Origin: Candidatus Omnitrophota bacterium
GTDB lineage: Bacteria > Omnitrophota > Gorgyraeia > Gorgyraeales > Gorgyraeaceae
Assembly (NCBI GenBank): GCA_043814965.1
Contig: JBDRJN010000006.1
Location: 7,838-71,837, forward strand
DNA: 64,000 nucleotides
Direction of reading: 5' to 3'
Shown here piece by piece: positions 1-15,000 of the stretch. Below the pieces are notes generated by a model. The model worked only from the letters and a program-made list of their open reading frames with translations, did not search any database and was not told where the DNA came from. Positions within the stretch are counted from its first letter, which is position 1. Each line of letters opens with the position of its first letter. Position numbers and translations under genes: made by a program.

Positions 1-2
1 AG

Positions 3-3000
3 GCCGTGGAAAAATCAGACAGTTACTTTTCCATACTTGACGGCGGAGAAGAATATGATGATAAGGGAAGAATAACGCAAGATAATAAGATCATAAAATA
101 CGGAAACGGAAAGACGAAAAGTATAAACATAACGTATGTATATAATGGCAATAGCCAAAAAGCTGCCAGGATAATAGGAAATATGATCATCTCGCAGGAC
201 AAAGCAAAAAAGTCCATAGCCATAAGCGACAGGCCTCTGAGCGTAGCGTTCGGCAGAGACGGCAATATAGACTGGTCAACAGCGCGATATGTAGATAACG
301 ACGGCAATCTTACTGACGAAGCTCCTCCGACATCAATATCTGCTACCTTGTATAATAAGAAAGGCAAGCAGGATCTTCCCGAAGCCCCTGTCATAGGCGG
401 AAGCGTAGTTGTCCTGCCTGATAATCAGCGCGTTGTCAGTGAAGACAGCAGGGTATATGCGAATATTATTTCTTTTATCTCTGAAGCTGATAAGTGCAGG
501 GCCAATGATAGAGATAAGATCCTTCCTAATATCCACCAGATAATATCTACCAGGACCAATGTCCCAGCAGGAGAGAATACCTACACTACTACGATCACCT
601 ATACTATATATGACAATAAGGGCAATCCTCTGATAACCGGCAATAAGGATGCATGGAGCAATGCTTCGTGGGCCAGCGAATCAGACAATTATATATTTAA
701 TGGGGACGGGTATACGTATTATAGAAGCGCTTCTTTTATGAGTCCCGAAGATTTCTTAGCAGCCAATCCTGAAGCAACGAGTGGCCAGATAGAGGAAAAC
801 AGAGAAAAATGGGAGGCATTCAAGCAGTCTGAACACGAAGAAGTCTCTAATATGGACAATATAGGTGAAGTCATTATTAGAAAAGACGACCCAGGTAATT
901 TAATATATAGGAAGGTAGACCTTAAAGTGGGCAGTGATGCTGCTAAGTCTATCATACAGGAAGCAGGTAAGGCTGACCCTAAATTTGCAGATAATGTAAA
1001 AGGTGTATCTATCTATGTAGATGCGGAGAATAATATAACCTATCATATATCGGGTGAGAATGATGAGGTTATCGCAATGAGTGTAACGGAAAAGCAAGAA
1101 GATGAAAGCGTAAAGACAGGATGGAGTGACGGCAATAATACCTATATACTGAATGCTGAAAAACATGCTTATGAACTTACAAGGGTCAGTGTATATAACC
1201 CAGATCTACTGCCTAAAGGCGCGAATAAAAGCATAAAGAATTTTGCTGATAGTAACTGGGATAAGACACTCAGTACATTTAAATCTATCAATAAAGATGC
1301 TGCGCATGTCGACGCAGGCCAGATACAAAGGATCACGCTTGTAAAGGACGGAGAATCCTGGGTCGCCCAAGCTGACATCTCAGACGTTGACAACAAGATA
1401 CTGAATGGTTTAAACATAAAAGGCATAGAGTTGAATACGCAGAACATTGTGCGTGCTGTAATGTTTGTAAGTAAGGGCAGAGCAACATCCAATTTTATAG
1501 ATGCGGACGGAAGGATCCTCTATGTCGTGGAGCATAAAGGCGGTAAATATAATCTTATAAGAAGTGTATGTTATAATCCAGAGTTTGAAGGCATGTCAGA
1601 TAAAGCTACAGCTAGACAGAAAAAGGCTGCTCAGGAGAATTGGGATAATCTATTTACAGCTTATGTTGCCAAAAACCCGGGATTTGACGATGCCAAATCA
1701 GGTGACTTAACTGAGATAATGATAGTGAGGTCAGAGGATGGCGATTCATTTGACCTTATAGCAAGCCTGAAAGAAGGCAGTGATGGTTTTAATGCTTCTA
1801 TAGAGAAGTTTAAGAAAGTCGAGAGAATGTTCAGCGATGAGATCTCTGTACCTGATAAGCGCGAAATCAAGACTGTACAAATAAGAAAGACCCAAAAAGG
1901 CAAAAAGACAGATTATGCTTATATTTTCTTGGATGAAAAGGGCGATTTGATAGCAGCAGGCAATGAAAAATACTGGATGACCGCTGGCGCAGAGCATATA
2001 TATGAATACGATGAAACTGCTGAGAAAAAGTATAAACATATTGAGCAGGGTATCATGGATGAGAAGGATAAAGGGAAAAATCCTGAAAAGTGGAACGCCT
2101 TGGTGAATACTGCCATGAAATTCCTCCCAGAGCTCCAAGGCCATACAGCTAACGAGATAGAGCCGCAATTAAAAGAGATCAGATTTATCAGGATCAACGG
2201 AGAATTTTCTAGCTGCAGAGTGACTCTAAAGCAAGGCACTATAGCTGAGAAGATTATAAAGGGTTTTCCGTCTAACTTGACAGAAGGAAAGAAAAATAGC
2301 GTAAAATTCGTAGTCATTCATAGGACTTCGAAAGAAGGATCATTAGCTTATTACCTCTATAATAAGCTTGATAAAGCCCCTATAGGAGTCGAGAACCCTA
2401 ATAAGTGGATAGTAGGCAATAGATTTAACCTGAAAAATGGAAGCGAGGAACATAAAAAGCTAGTAGAGGCATCCAATAAGGATATAGATAATATAAACAA
2501 TTCCAACAAGAAGACGCCTTACGAAGTCTCTTTATCATCTTCCGGAGATAGAAATAAGACTATTCCTAACCTCAAGATAGATGAGGTTAGGATAGAGGGA
2601 GAGATTACAGCGGATAGCAGGGTGATCTATACAATTTATCATAATGATAGTAAGGTTATGGTTGGTTCTCCTGGAGGCCAGTGGAAGATAGGAGATGAGG
2701 CTTTTGTAAAGATAGGCCTATACCCTGAAGAATTCTTAAAGTCTAATCCTGACGCGACAGAAGATGAAATAATGCAAAACAAAACTAAAGGCGTAAAATG
2801 GCAGGATAGGGGCTTATATATAAAGAACTTAAAGGATGGAATAGGGCCGCAGATAAGCAATATGCTGGAAGCAGGCGCAATAGATGAGGAGCGTTTAAAC
2901 TCATTAGGGATCCAGATCAAGAAAGGTGATAAAGATAAGCTAATAGCAGTTAAGTATAAAGAAGGCAGTTGGATCTATCTTGACGATAATGCGTCTCAGT

Positions 3001-6000
3001 TTACTGTCTTCCAGGGTTCAGGTGATGACAAGGCAGAATATGAAATAGATGTTTTAGGCAAGCTGCAGGAAATATTATTTGCAGGCGATATTGAGATGAG
3101 GATGAGATCAGAAAATCTCAAGAAGTATTTTAATAGGTTGGCTGAAATGATCCCTGAATCCGACAAGGATAAAGTCTCTACAGATAATATAGAGATATGC
3201 AAAAGTCATAGCACTACGGTCATTCGTTTTAAACCAAAAGGGAAAGACTGGATACAGCTTACATCGAACCCTGATTTAAAACCTATAGAGTTACTTTCTT
3301 ATCTGGAGAGCATGACTGAGGCAAGAGGAGAATTTTTAATGAACCTACTTGGATTTTTAGTAAAAAAATCCCCGGATGCCTTGCCTGAAGACGTGAAACT
3401 CGTAAAGAAAAATAATACTACGCATATCTATTATAAAGGCATAGACCTTACAGATCCGAAAATAGAACCTACGTTATTACTCTCTTGTTTGGACAGGATA
3501 TTTTTTGGAAATAGATTGGAGAGCTTTTTACCTACTGTAGATGGCAACATAACTGAAAATGAAAAGATACTGCGCATTGACCATGTCCTTCGTTTAGAAG
3601 AAATGACCGAAAAGACAATCCTTGACTCCAAAGACTTCAAAATTGTCTGGCTACGAGGGGATACTAAAGAGACCAAAACAAATGGAAAATGGTACGTTGT
3701 TCCTAAAGGATCTATCTTTTCAGGATCAACTATAACTTTTACCAAATATAAATTAATGCGCGATGAAGAAGTCCCAATCGAGGTCAATTATAATGTAAAT
3801 GATAAAAAACAATATAAATTAGGCGATAAGGTAGTAGACGGAAAAGGAACTTGCTATACTTGTGTTCTTGGCCGAGACAAAAAGAGATACTGGGCTAAGA
3901 CAGATGAAATAGAGAGTGCAACTAAATGGGTAACAAAGAAGATCCTGAATAGTTCAGCGTATGAGATCATTGGCTTAGGAGATAGGGCTTTAATACCAGA
4001 AAAACTTTATGAAAAGATAACTTCTATTAATTGGGGAACACACCTTGATAAAGCAGAATGCCAGGAAGAACAGATAGAGATGTTTGAGGCAATCATAGAG
4101 ATAGTAAAGGAAAAATATGAAGATGCCAAGGCAGCAGCCTATAGGAGCGGAGCAAGTGTAACTTCAGGAGGCTATGTAAGTACAGATCCTGTGGCAAGAA
4201 GAAAAGTAGAAAGAGTTAAAAATTTACTTAATACTTTAACTGGCAGATTAGAACAGATGAAAGGCAGGGAATGGGATGCAAAGAGTAAAAAATGGATAAG
4301 ACGTAAAGATAAAAAATGGCTGCGCTGGGGCGAAGGAAATATAGGATATCAGACCACAACAACCCTGGTCCCGCATCCAGACAAGACTTTGAAAGCTGTA
4401 CGAAAAACCCTAACAGATGAAGAGCTTTTAAGGGAAATAAACGAGGTGACCGAGAATGATGCAGCTGAAGTCCACGGTGAGGGACTTGAGGCTTATGAAG
4501 AATATGTAGTTAAAGGAGTAGATAAGATAAGAGAGGATCTGAACAAGTTGCGTGAATTAAAGAAGGATAATTATAATAAAGGCAAGGCTAAAAAAGAAGC
4601 GCTTGATATGGCTGGCGCTATAGAGGGAGATTTTCAGAACATTAAGACAGCAGGCGCATTGATATATGCTTCCTGTATGAAATATGCGAACATAGAAAGT
4701 ACTTTGACGCAAAACCAGACTATTACCCAGAAGCTGGCAGGAACAGACGCAGGGCTACTTTTTAATTATGGGAAGAAACAGATACAAAGATTAAGAGCTA
4801 TTCAGAAAAATTTAAGAAAATGTATTATATCAATAAAATTAGGCAACATAAATGACGCGTCAGTCCTATATAACAGGACAGTTGGTTTGAACGATGCAAA
4901 CCTTAAAGAGGCGATGAAGGATTTTAGAGCCGCTAAGTTTGTGGCAGGCCTGGTTGACATGGTTATTGAATGGGCTGTTATTGCGCTTTTTACTTGGGGT
5001 GTTGGCAGCGCTCTTAACGGAGTTAAAGCAGCCTTTACAATAGCTGGCAGAAGCCTTGAGAGAACAGGAGAGATCTTAGCGAGATTAAATAAATTAATGC
5101 AGTTAAAGAAGATCGATGCTGCCAGGAAGATAGAGATACTGGCAAAGATCGGTATCAAAGGCAGGCATCTATGGAGATGGAATGCCCTGAATACATTGCT
5201 GGGTTATGGCGGCAGGCTAGGCCTTGTGAATTTCATGAAGACCAGCCTTAAAGCCGCAGTACATTTAGGCGGATTTAACGCAACGCTTGGAGCCATAGTC
5301 ATGCCGCTCATGTTTGGCGCAGGAGACCCGAATGACCCTGGTAGAAGGCATTTACTTCTTTTTTCAGAAGGATTCACCATGGAGGCGCTCCTTGAATACT
5401 TAGAATTCGTAAAAGGCGGAGTACAGTTTGCATTAACAGCTGCTCCGTTCTTTGGGATGGCAGTCCCGGGCGTTGGTATCGGGCTTGGTATAAGGGGTAT
5501 AACCAGAAAGGTAGCTGGCCTCTTAAAAGATAAAATGATAAGATTTTCTTCATGGGTTGGCCGCGCAGGAGATAGGTTGACAAAGATAGTCCTGGCGTTT
5601 AGTGAAGAGGGTGGAGTTGTAAATTTTGTAAGCAAAGGATTTTCACCTGATAAAAGAGGTTATTTGATGGCAGCTCAAGGTACAGGAGGTTTTGCCGGTT
5701 TTATCGGAAAACAAGCTCATATGGTAGATAGCGTATGGACCTTTCATCTTGCTACCCAGCTGGGAGAAACGCTTGGCAGGTTGACCGGTAATGAAACGTT
5801 TGCAAAATTCCTGGGAGCGATCAGCATGTTCCTCGTCCCTACAAGAGTAGCTATGCATAGCGGAGGCATGATCGGTTTCAGGGACGTAAATGGCAAGACC
5901 ATTAAATTTGACAAGATCAAGGATATATCAAAGAGAATAGAAACATCACGCGAACTATTAAAAGCACAGCAAGAAGGCAAGCTGGAAGGCGTTAGCGCCA

Positions 6001-9000
6001 CAGGTAACAGGATGAAGGTTGACGCAAAGGCTGTAAGGGAGCTTATCAATATACATAAAGACGCTACATTAAATAGAGAGGTCGAGCTAAAGACAGGCAA
6101 AAAGATCGACAAGGTAACTGAGGCAGAAAAATTAGAAGCTTTAAATGATATAGCAAAAGACATTGAATCCGAAAATAGGGAAAATTCCCTGGAGCTCTGG
6201 CGTATGGATAAAAATGGCGGTTTAAGATCAATAGATATAAATAGACGCAGTGTTGATATGAGGAACAGGGGATGGACTGCTGAATATATCAATGGCATGG
6301 AGGTCATGGCCAGGAATACGAACTATTTATCTGATGTTGACTTTGCAAAAGAGATCACCATGGAATGGAAGAGCGAATATAATATCTCCAGGCTGGAAAG
6401 TTTCAATTTAAATGATATAGGAATAGCTATTGGAAAAGGCAAGAGTACAGTAGAACTATCTAATGGTGAAAAGATAGAGCTGTCCGCAGGGTTTAAAGAT
6501 GCAGTCAGGGAAAAGATCACTAATGAAAAATGTGAAAATGCATTATTGGAGAGTGTATATGGTAAAGAAAAAGCGCAGGAATTAATAAAAGACCCTTTAA
6601 AAAGAAGCAGCGCATTGCTTGAGCTGTCAAGTAAGAGCCCTGAACTTTTATTGGCAAGCGTAGATAGTGAAGGAAACGTAAAGACAGTGATAGAGTTGGG
6701 GACAATGAAAAAAGGTTTTAAGAAAAGCTACTATAATAATAGATATAGTGCTCTTAGAGAGACTAATTCACCAGCTTCTTTAGCCGGACTTCAAGGAAAA
6801 TCTGAAATAAGCATCTTTATAAAGAAAAGCGCTGTGGGTGAATTAAAGTTATTAAATGAAAGAGTGGCGGATCTAAAAGATAATGTAGGGTCAGCTCAGG
6901 AACAATTAAATACCAGCAGGCGAGCTGAAGCAGGTAACGGCGTGACCCGTACAGGCATAGAGCTTGAGATACAAGTAAGACAGGCAGAGCTTAATGTTGC
7001 AGAGAAGGCATTGGATGTTGCTAGATTAGAAAGGATGGCTTCAAACCGCAGTGAAAAATTGATTGAAGCCAGGAATGTATTTAATGATGCTGTAAGAAAT
7101 TTATCCAGTGCTAAGAATATACAGAGTAACTATGCACATAGGTTTTTAAAGAAATCTTTAAGAGGGGGGAAACCTTGGACTAAAGAGGGCAGGGCTAAAC
7201 GTAGGGAGACTAAACTTTTAGGCGAGGCAGAGGGAGCTCAATCGGCACAAGAAGGGATGGCAGAACTTAAAAAAGATACCTCAAAAAAAGAATTCGTAAA
7301 ATGGCTTAAGAAAGAAAATATCCTTGATCCAGAGTCAAGTCCGGGCGAGGGAATAATAAAAGCTGAAATAGAAAAATGGACTAAGAGGGCCAATGAAACA
7401 AAAAAGGTTTTGAAAGACCCAGAGGCTATAAAGCTCCTAGAGAAAGTAAAATCTGCCAATGCAGAGATCACTGAAAAGATGAAGGGGATAGAGTTCGATT
7501 CATTTAGAGAACCAGCCAAAGAGATAGAGAATCTAAAGGATCAAATAAAGAAACTGGAAAAATCCCCATCTAAGAATTCAAAAGAGCTATTGGCCAAAAA
7601 GAAAGAATTGGTGGAATCAAAACAGAAGGCATTAGACGATGCCATAGGTGTTAAGGTCGCAGAGCTCCATAAAAATATTTTAGAATATAAGAAAAGCAAG
7701 GGTAAAGACTTTTCTGCTGCTGATGCTTATGCATATGCGGATATCGTATTTACAAAACTTGCAGGGATAAATGCAAAAGGCAGTGCATACAGCTTATTCG
7801 GCAGTCAAAGGATGATGCTGGCTGAGTTTTTCGCTGGAAGAAATGCAGGGGTAAGGGCAGGCGGAGGAAAGACTATAACCTTTGTATTGGATCTGGGAGT
7901 GAACAAGCTTTTACTCGGTAAAGAGTTTCAGGGAGAACTTTTATTGGAGAATATAGGTGCAGCCAGAAAATATATATCAGAGACTTTTGGAGAAAATGGA
8001 GTGAACCATGGAAAATTAGCAAAGGCATTTGGTATAGAACTGGTCAATGGCGTGGAGTTATATAAGCAGGAAGGCGGGACAGCGAAATTAATAGAGGCCT
8101 ATAAAAATACCGAAAAAGTCGTACTGATGGAAGCAACTACGAGGGGCCATCTCATGAACCAGGCAGTTACAAATGTAGAGTTGAGGGTGGCTTTAGCCAG
8201 CTCTAATGTTATAAGAGCGGATGAAGTGCATATACAAGTTACTTCAAGGACAGCATCAATAATAGGTAATAATACAATAGGCCCTTCTTCCACGCAGGTG
8301 GATCGCATTGAGAGGCTTTGGAATGAGATTGAAAAAAGCGGCATAACTGAGTCAACCATAAGTCTATCTAAATTTGATAAGAGCGTAGGAGAGATGAATA
8401 ATAGCGGAGGAAAACTTCATTTTGCCAAACTTGGCAGTGAGATAAAAATAAATGAAGCTGCCCATAAATATTTTACTGAGCGTGGTTATAAGACAGGAGA
8501 GCTTCAATCAGTACTTAGGGCCAGGGTTGATGTTGAAGGAAGGTCAGGTTCATATGCAATAACCAAAGACGGAAAGATAGCTCCTGTCAGCCAGTACGGA
8601 GAGGTGGAAGTAAGCCAGATCATGAAAGACGTGAACTACCAGCTGGCGATTGCAAAGAAACATGGCTTGAACGCCTATACTTCTGTAAGGCAGAGTACGA
8701 CTAGCATGCAGACATCTCTATCATATATTTTTGGAAATAAATATGCAAGTATCTGCGGCGCTTCAGCTACAACATCCGGCATAGAGGCGCTTATGCATAG
8801 TAAGATAGGTTCTAAAACAACAGATATAAGCGTTACCAAACTGGACCTATCCTTGTATAATACTGCAAAGACAGGCACAGAAAATGTCTATGGCGATGTT
8901 AAGGCATCATGGAAGAAGTCACTTCAGGCAAAGACAGAGAATGCTTCAAGAAATCTGAAGAATGCTAAAGAAAGGTTAGAGAGCGCAGAAAAAGAACTAG

Positions 9001-12000
9001 AGGCCAATCCAAAAAATAGATCATTAGAGACTAAGATAGAGAACTGGAAGAGGAAGGTTAATGAATTAGAGCAGATGCAAGAAGGCGGAGGCATCTTGAT
9101 AGCTACGAGAGACGTGGCAGGAATAGATCAGGCAAAACTAAAGGAGATAGCCAAAGAGCTGGGCATAGAAGTTGATTTTGAGATCGTAGACGGTAAATTT
9201 GAGGGAGATATGGTAAATGTGACTTCATCTGCCGGTAAGCTCGGGAAGGTGACGATTGTAAATGAAAGAGGAATGACAGGATGTAATTATAAAGGTAGAA
9301 TTGATTTATTTGTAATAGGGGCAGAGAGCATGCCTTCCACTTTATTTGCACAGCTTACACACAGGACCGGGCGAGGCGGAGCGATCACAACGCGTCATTT
9401 ATACATTGAGAGTAAGGCTATAACAGATAACCTGTCTTATGCAAAGACTAAAGAGGCTGAACTGCGCAGTGAAAATATATGGGGCAAAGAAGAAACTAAT
9501 AGTTTCTTAGGGGAAATGGAACGGGGCTTTGATTTTAACTCTTCTAAGGGAGTCAAGGATGCGTTAAAGCGTAATGCTGATTTCTTAGAAGCAATAGAGG
9601 TATCTGAATCAGTGAAGTTCTCTGCGCAGGATATTGCCAGGAACAAATTTGTCATAGAACCTTTAAAGAGGCTCTTGGAAGATCCAAAGATACAGGGCAC
9701 ATCTGCAGAAAAGGTTATAAAGAGAAAATTAGAAGAGGCCTTGAACCAGTCATCTCCATATGCGGATATACTGTTGCAGAAATCTTCTATTCAGGGCAGA
9801 GAGGCCTATACTGAGAATACAGTTAGATCAAGTATAAGAGAAGCTTATGAAGTAATGAGAGATATAGAGGCTAGCGTATCAGGATATGCCAAGACAAAGG
9901 TAGCATCTAACCTTAGCCAAGTCGTTAAATTTTCTAAGCAGGCAAAGGACTTTAGCAGAGTAGAGGCAATAAGTGATAAATCGCTTATGGAGGCGAAGAA
10001 CTTAAAAGAGGTAGCAGCTATTATAAAAGGCCTGTCAGACAAGATATTATCGACTGAAGGAAAGGGCAGCAAGGCCCCTGAAGTAGTAGAGGTCAGAGAA
10101 GCAGAAAAGAGCGTTGAAAAAGCAGTATTAGAGTTAAATCCTAATGCAACTATTGATAGAACAAAACTCAATGAAGCAGCTGGCGCAGTAGCTGAGGTCA
10201 ATAAGACCAGAGGTTCACCATTTACAGCCATACCAGCCTATAGCTCATTCTACGCAACACAGGTAAATAGCTTTATGGCTGATGATACAAAGGAGAACAA
10301 AGTCTACGCAAAAGTGCAGGATATAGCAGCTCAGGTAAATACCCAAGCATACCAGAACTCCTCAGATCAACAAAAAGCCAATATACTCCTAAATATAGTA
10401 CAGGGTGTGAATGAAAAGACAGCAAACCTTGCCCTCGCATACGTGAACCCAGAACTCAATCTAAATACAGTACAAAACTACGCTGTAGAAACTATAGGAG
10501 AGATAACAGATGCTATCATAGATGCTTCACTTGAGAGTGATATTGTTACGCTATCAGGCGATGTGGTAGGCGCTGGCAATGGAATAGGAGTGATTCCCGG
10601 AGGAGTCAGCGGAACAGGCAGGCTCAAAGACCTTATAGGATTTGAAGTAGCTAGCATGGAAGCTGAATTATTACAAGGCAGGCTAGAGACCACTGAAGCT
10701 GAAATAGACGCAGCTTATAGCCAAGATGTTAATGATAAATTAGGTGAGATCATAGAACAGGCAGAGGCTACAAAAACCATGGAAATCGGGGATGCATTTG
10801 ATGAATATGAAGCAACTCTTGACATGGAGATCGTAAAGGGCCAGATCGCAATGGATCTGGAGAAGCAAGATAATAAAGAGCTAGCGTTGAAGAGAGAAGA
10901 CTTGGCCGCAGCCCAGATAGAGCAAGATGAAATATCAGCCCAGCAGGAGTTTGATACTGAAATAACCCAGTCTATGGATGCAGTGGAAGAGACAGTTACG
11001 CGTATAGAAGATATAAAGGCTGAAGAGACAAGGCAGGAGATAAGATCAAGACAAGAAGAAAAGGACCTTAATTCTATAAAGACGCTTATAACAGACGCTA
11101 CGAGTGAAAAAGATCATACTGTTGCGCAGGCAAGGCTCACATTTACAGAACAGGCTATAAAGGCAAGGCTTTCCTCAGGGGATATTTCAGATAATGCAAG
11201 GGCTCAGTTAAATGCGCAGCTAGTAGTTGTAGGTAGCGCAAAGGAAGAGATAGCTTCCCTACAAGCTGAAGAAGAAGCGGCTAAAAAAGAGGAAGTAAGG
11301 GGCATTACTAATATCCTAGGTAATGTAATAAATAATACTATAAATATCATAAATAGTTCAGTAAAGAGATCGCAGGAGGCAAAAAGCCGCGAGGAATATG
11401 TGAATACTTATTCACATATAATAGATGAGGTAGTAAAGCTTTCAAACGGAGGCGATACTAACAATGAGGCTACCTTAGCATTGTTTAATATAATATCAAA
11501 TGGTATCTCTGCTAGATTGGAAGACCTGTCTTTTACTCCTGAGCAGAGACAGGACTTAATGAACCTGGAATCAAAGGTCCAGCTTGCAACGCGATCTATC
11601 AATGAAAACGCCATTAGATGGCAAGGCGTAAGAGAAGAGACGCATGACAGGTTTATATCAGGCCTGCAGGATACTATAAGGAGCATATCTTCTTACAGGG
11701 ACTTTGTGCTCGCTCAGCCTATAATAATGGCCACAAGAAATGCTATCAATATAAGAATTGCATCAAGCGATATCCCTGGAACTGAGAAGAGCCAGCTCAA
11801 TAATTACCTGGTGCTTTTGGATAGCCTGGAATCCCAGATGACCACAGAAGAAAAACTGAGGCAGATCAAGGTTAGAGAGCACAATGAATTTGCAGGGAAT
11901 ATGAAGGGCCTGATAAATCAAGCCTCTACAGCTTTTGCAAAGGGAGAAGAGGCTGTAGGCAATGCAATGTTCACAATGGCGCGCCAGAGCATCAACACAA

Positions 12001-15000
12001 GGCTTTCTTCTCCTACTCTTTCAAATTCAAGCGAACAAAGGGCTGAATTAAGAGGCCTCCTGAGCTTGACAGGCGGCGTACAGGAAGAGATAGAGATAGA
12101 AGAAACCGTTGTTCGAGCTGAAGAAACCGCCACAGCTCAAGATATATTTACACAAAATAAAGTAGTAGTGTTCAATAAAAATACCAATGAGTTTTCTACA
12201 GAGAGAGTGATCAAATTAAGCTCACTTCCAATGCCTGAAATAAGAGAGGCTTTTGCTCAAGCATTGTGGAATCTAGCTAAAAACGCGCCTTCTCATAAAA
12301 TGACATTAGCGAATTATGCGAGTTTCATCACAGGAGACAGGTTAGGCAATAAAGATATATATGCAGTAATAGATGATAAAAACAATGCATTGGCTATTCA
12401 GATAGTTGACTTTGATCCCAGCGATAAGACACAAGTTAGTTTATCTACCTGGATCAGCGCAGATAATATAAGTTTTGCAGGGAATCAGGTGCTTTCCTAT
12501 GCTGTAAACGACCTTTTGGATAAAGGAGTGGCTCAACTTGATTCAAAAGGCGTTTCATATACATCCAGGGTTAGAAATGCATTGCCTTCTGGTATAAACA
12601 ATGTCTCAGAGATGAGGAATCTTGTAAATGAAAACGCAGTAAATTTAGTAACTTCTTTGACAGGCGCAAGCATTAATAATCCTTCAGCAGGCTTAGTATT
12701 GCAGGAAATCACAGGTGTAAGACCTGATGTGTCTACAGAGACAGCTGTATTGGACGATGTAATTGAAAGCGTAGAGGTAAAGATAGAAGATACCTCAGTA
12801 GTAGTGGCAAGTAATGATGCCCTGGAAAATATCATAGATGAATTGGGCTATTCTGCATCAGCTGATGCGATTGTAACAGTACTCACTCCTTATATAAATA
12901 AAGGTACATTTACAGAGAATTTCTTTAAGAATGCCATAACTAACCTCATGCAGCCGATGGATTCAACAGGTATTAACTATACAAACTTAAATGTAGACGA
13001 AAGGGCTGTAATAGCAGGAGTTTTGCCTAGGATCACTTATCAGGATGTAGACGCGGATGGATATATAAATATAACAGTAAAAAGCATTGGCATTGGAGGG
13101 GGGCAAGAGCTTTTCCAAACAGCTGAGTTACTGGTAAACCACCTGGAAGGCCTTGGGATCGGAGAATCAGTCAAAGGAGGCAAGATCAAGATAAGGATCA
13201 GCCTTAATGGATTTGATTATAATCTCCAAGAGATCTCGGGCGCAAAGGAGAATATAGATCAGTTTATCAGCGGACTTCCAGATGTTTGGAAAAGCTCGAT
13301 TGAAACCCATTATACATATATAGATATAAATGACCCATCGACCTATGATGTCATGCTCGATGGCAAGTCAGATCTCTTATTTAATAAGAATACATGGCAT
13401 GCTAGTAACTATAACTGGGATTCTTATAGAGCAAGTAATTTCATAGATCTATTAGAAAGCAATGTTAAAGATGGCGGGTTCGTAAGTATGACCAATCCAT
13501 ATAAACCAGGTACTCCTTTATATGGTTCATTCAGTGATATAGCAGCTCCTTTTAATAGAAGGGCTACAGACTTTAGTTCTCCTTTGACATCGATCTTAAT
13601 GCCTGAAAGGACAGCTACCAGCCTAGAACAGCAAGATATAGAAGTTGCCAGCATGGAGGTTGAACTCGCAGAGTCAAAACAAGATGATATAGACAAAGCC
13701 TGGGATGAAAATACGAGTTATGAGGTTGTAGCAAGTAATATGGGCATGGTAAATAAGGATGAAAAAACTAGCCAAGAAAATGCAGTTTGGGAGCAAAAAG
13801 AAGCGCAATTTAAACTAACAGTTGATCTCGAAACAGCTAAGATGGAAACTGAAGAATTCAACGCCCAGGAAGAAATGGACATAGATAGGCTGGAAAGAGA
13901 TCATGCATCTAGCGCCAGAGAAGAAGAAATCACAGTAGAAGAGTATTTACAAGGGTTACAGAGTGAATTAGATGAAGAAAGAGCCCAATTGGACTATGAA
14001 GAGACATTGGCTCTACAGGATGAAGATTCAAAAGCTGGTGTACAGGAGATCATATCAGCAATAGCAGAGGATATCATAGCACACGACACAGAAGCAGCAT
14101 TAAAAAGAGAACAAGAAGATATAGCAAAGGCAAGGAGAGGTAAGGGAACAGCCAAGAGATCTTCCAAAGGCAAAAAGACATCCGAAGAAGGCGCTGAAGA
14201 GGTAATAGAAAAGACCGAGTACGCGGCTCTTGAAGCTACAGCGCCTCAATCTGATAAAGGCGGAGAGCCTCCTGTCGTAGGCGGAGAGGGCAAAGTAGAT
14301 TCTCAAGAAAAGCCGTCATCTCGTTTTCTGGCTGTAGGCGGAGAATATGCCAAGAATTACAGGCAAGCTGTAAATAATATACCTAACAGTAAATTGAGAA
14401 AAGCAGTGCAGTCAGGCATACAGATGGTATCTTACCATGCTAATAGCCCAATATATAAAGAACAATCTACTGATAAAGAAAGGGCAGTTACTTTGTCAGA
14501 GGCATTGGATGAGATACTTAATGAGCACTATGGAGTTACTGATCTTGAACGCCAAGATGCCGAAGATCGCATATTGAAATACATAAACCCGGAGCTGGGA
14601 TCCAAGGATCTGGAAAATACCATAGGCGAGATCTTTGCAGAAGAGAAAGTAAACACTGAAAAAAGCATCAAAGGCGCCCTAAAGGCATTGAATTCTACCA
14701 AGGTTATAGATAAAAAGAAACTAGAGGCTGCTTCTCAGGCAGTGTTAGAAGCTAATATAACAGGAAATTATATCGCAGGAGTAGAATATTTAGAGCTTTA
14801 CCAAGAATACATAGATTCTATAGAAAATAATGATCTATTAAAAGAGATAGTCAACCAAGGCGCTAGTAACCTTATATATCAAGTAGCAAATTCAAACTAT
14901 GGAGCATTGGATGACCAGGAAAAAAGGATCGTAATAATAGGCGCGGTAGATGAAGTGCTTAATCAATACGAAAACCCGCTACCGACTTTTGTTACTGTAG

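Noticed and set aside
6-8. GTG as the true start of the giant ORF
   Set aside because: The frame is open to the window edge and no RBS or signal peptide is visible, so the gene probably starts upstream.
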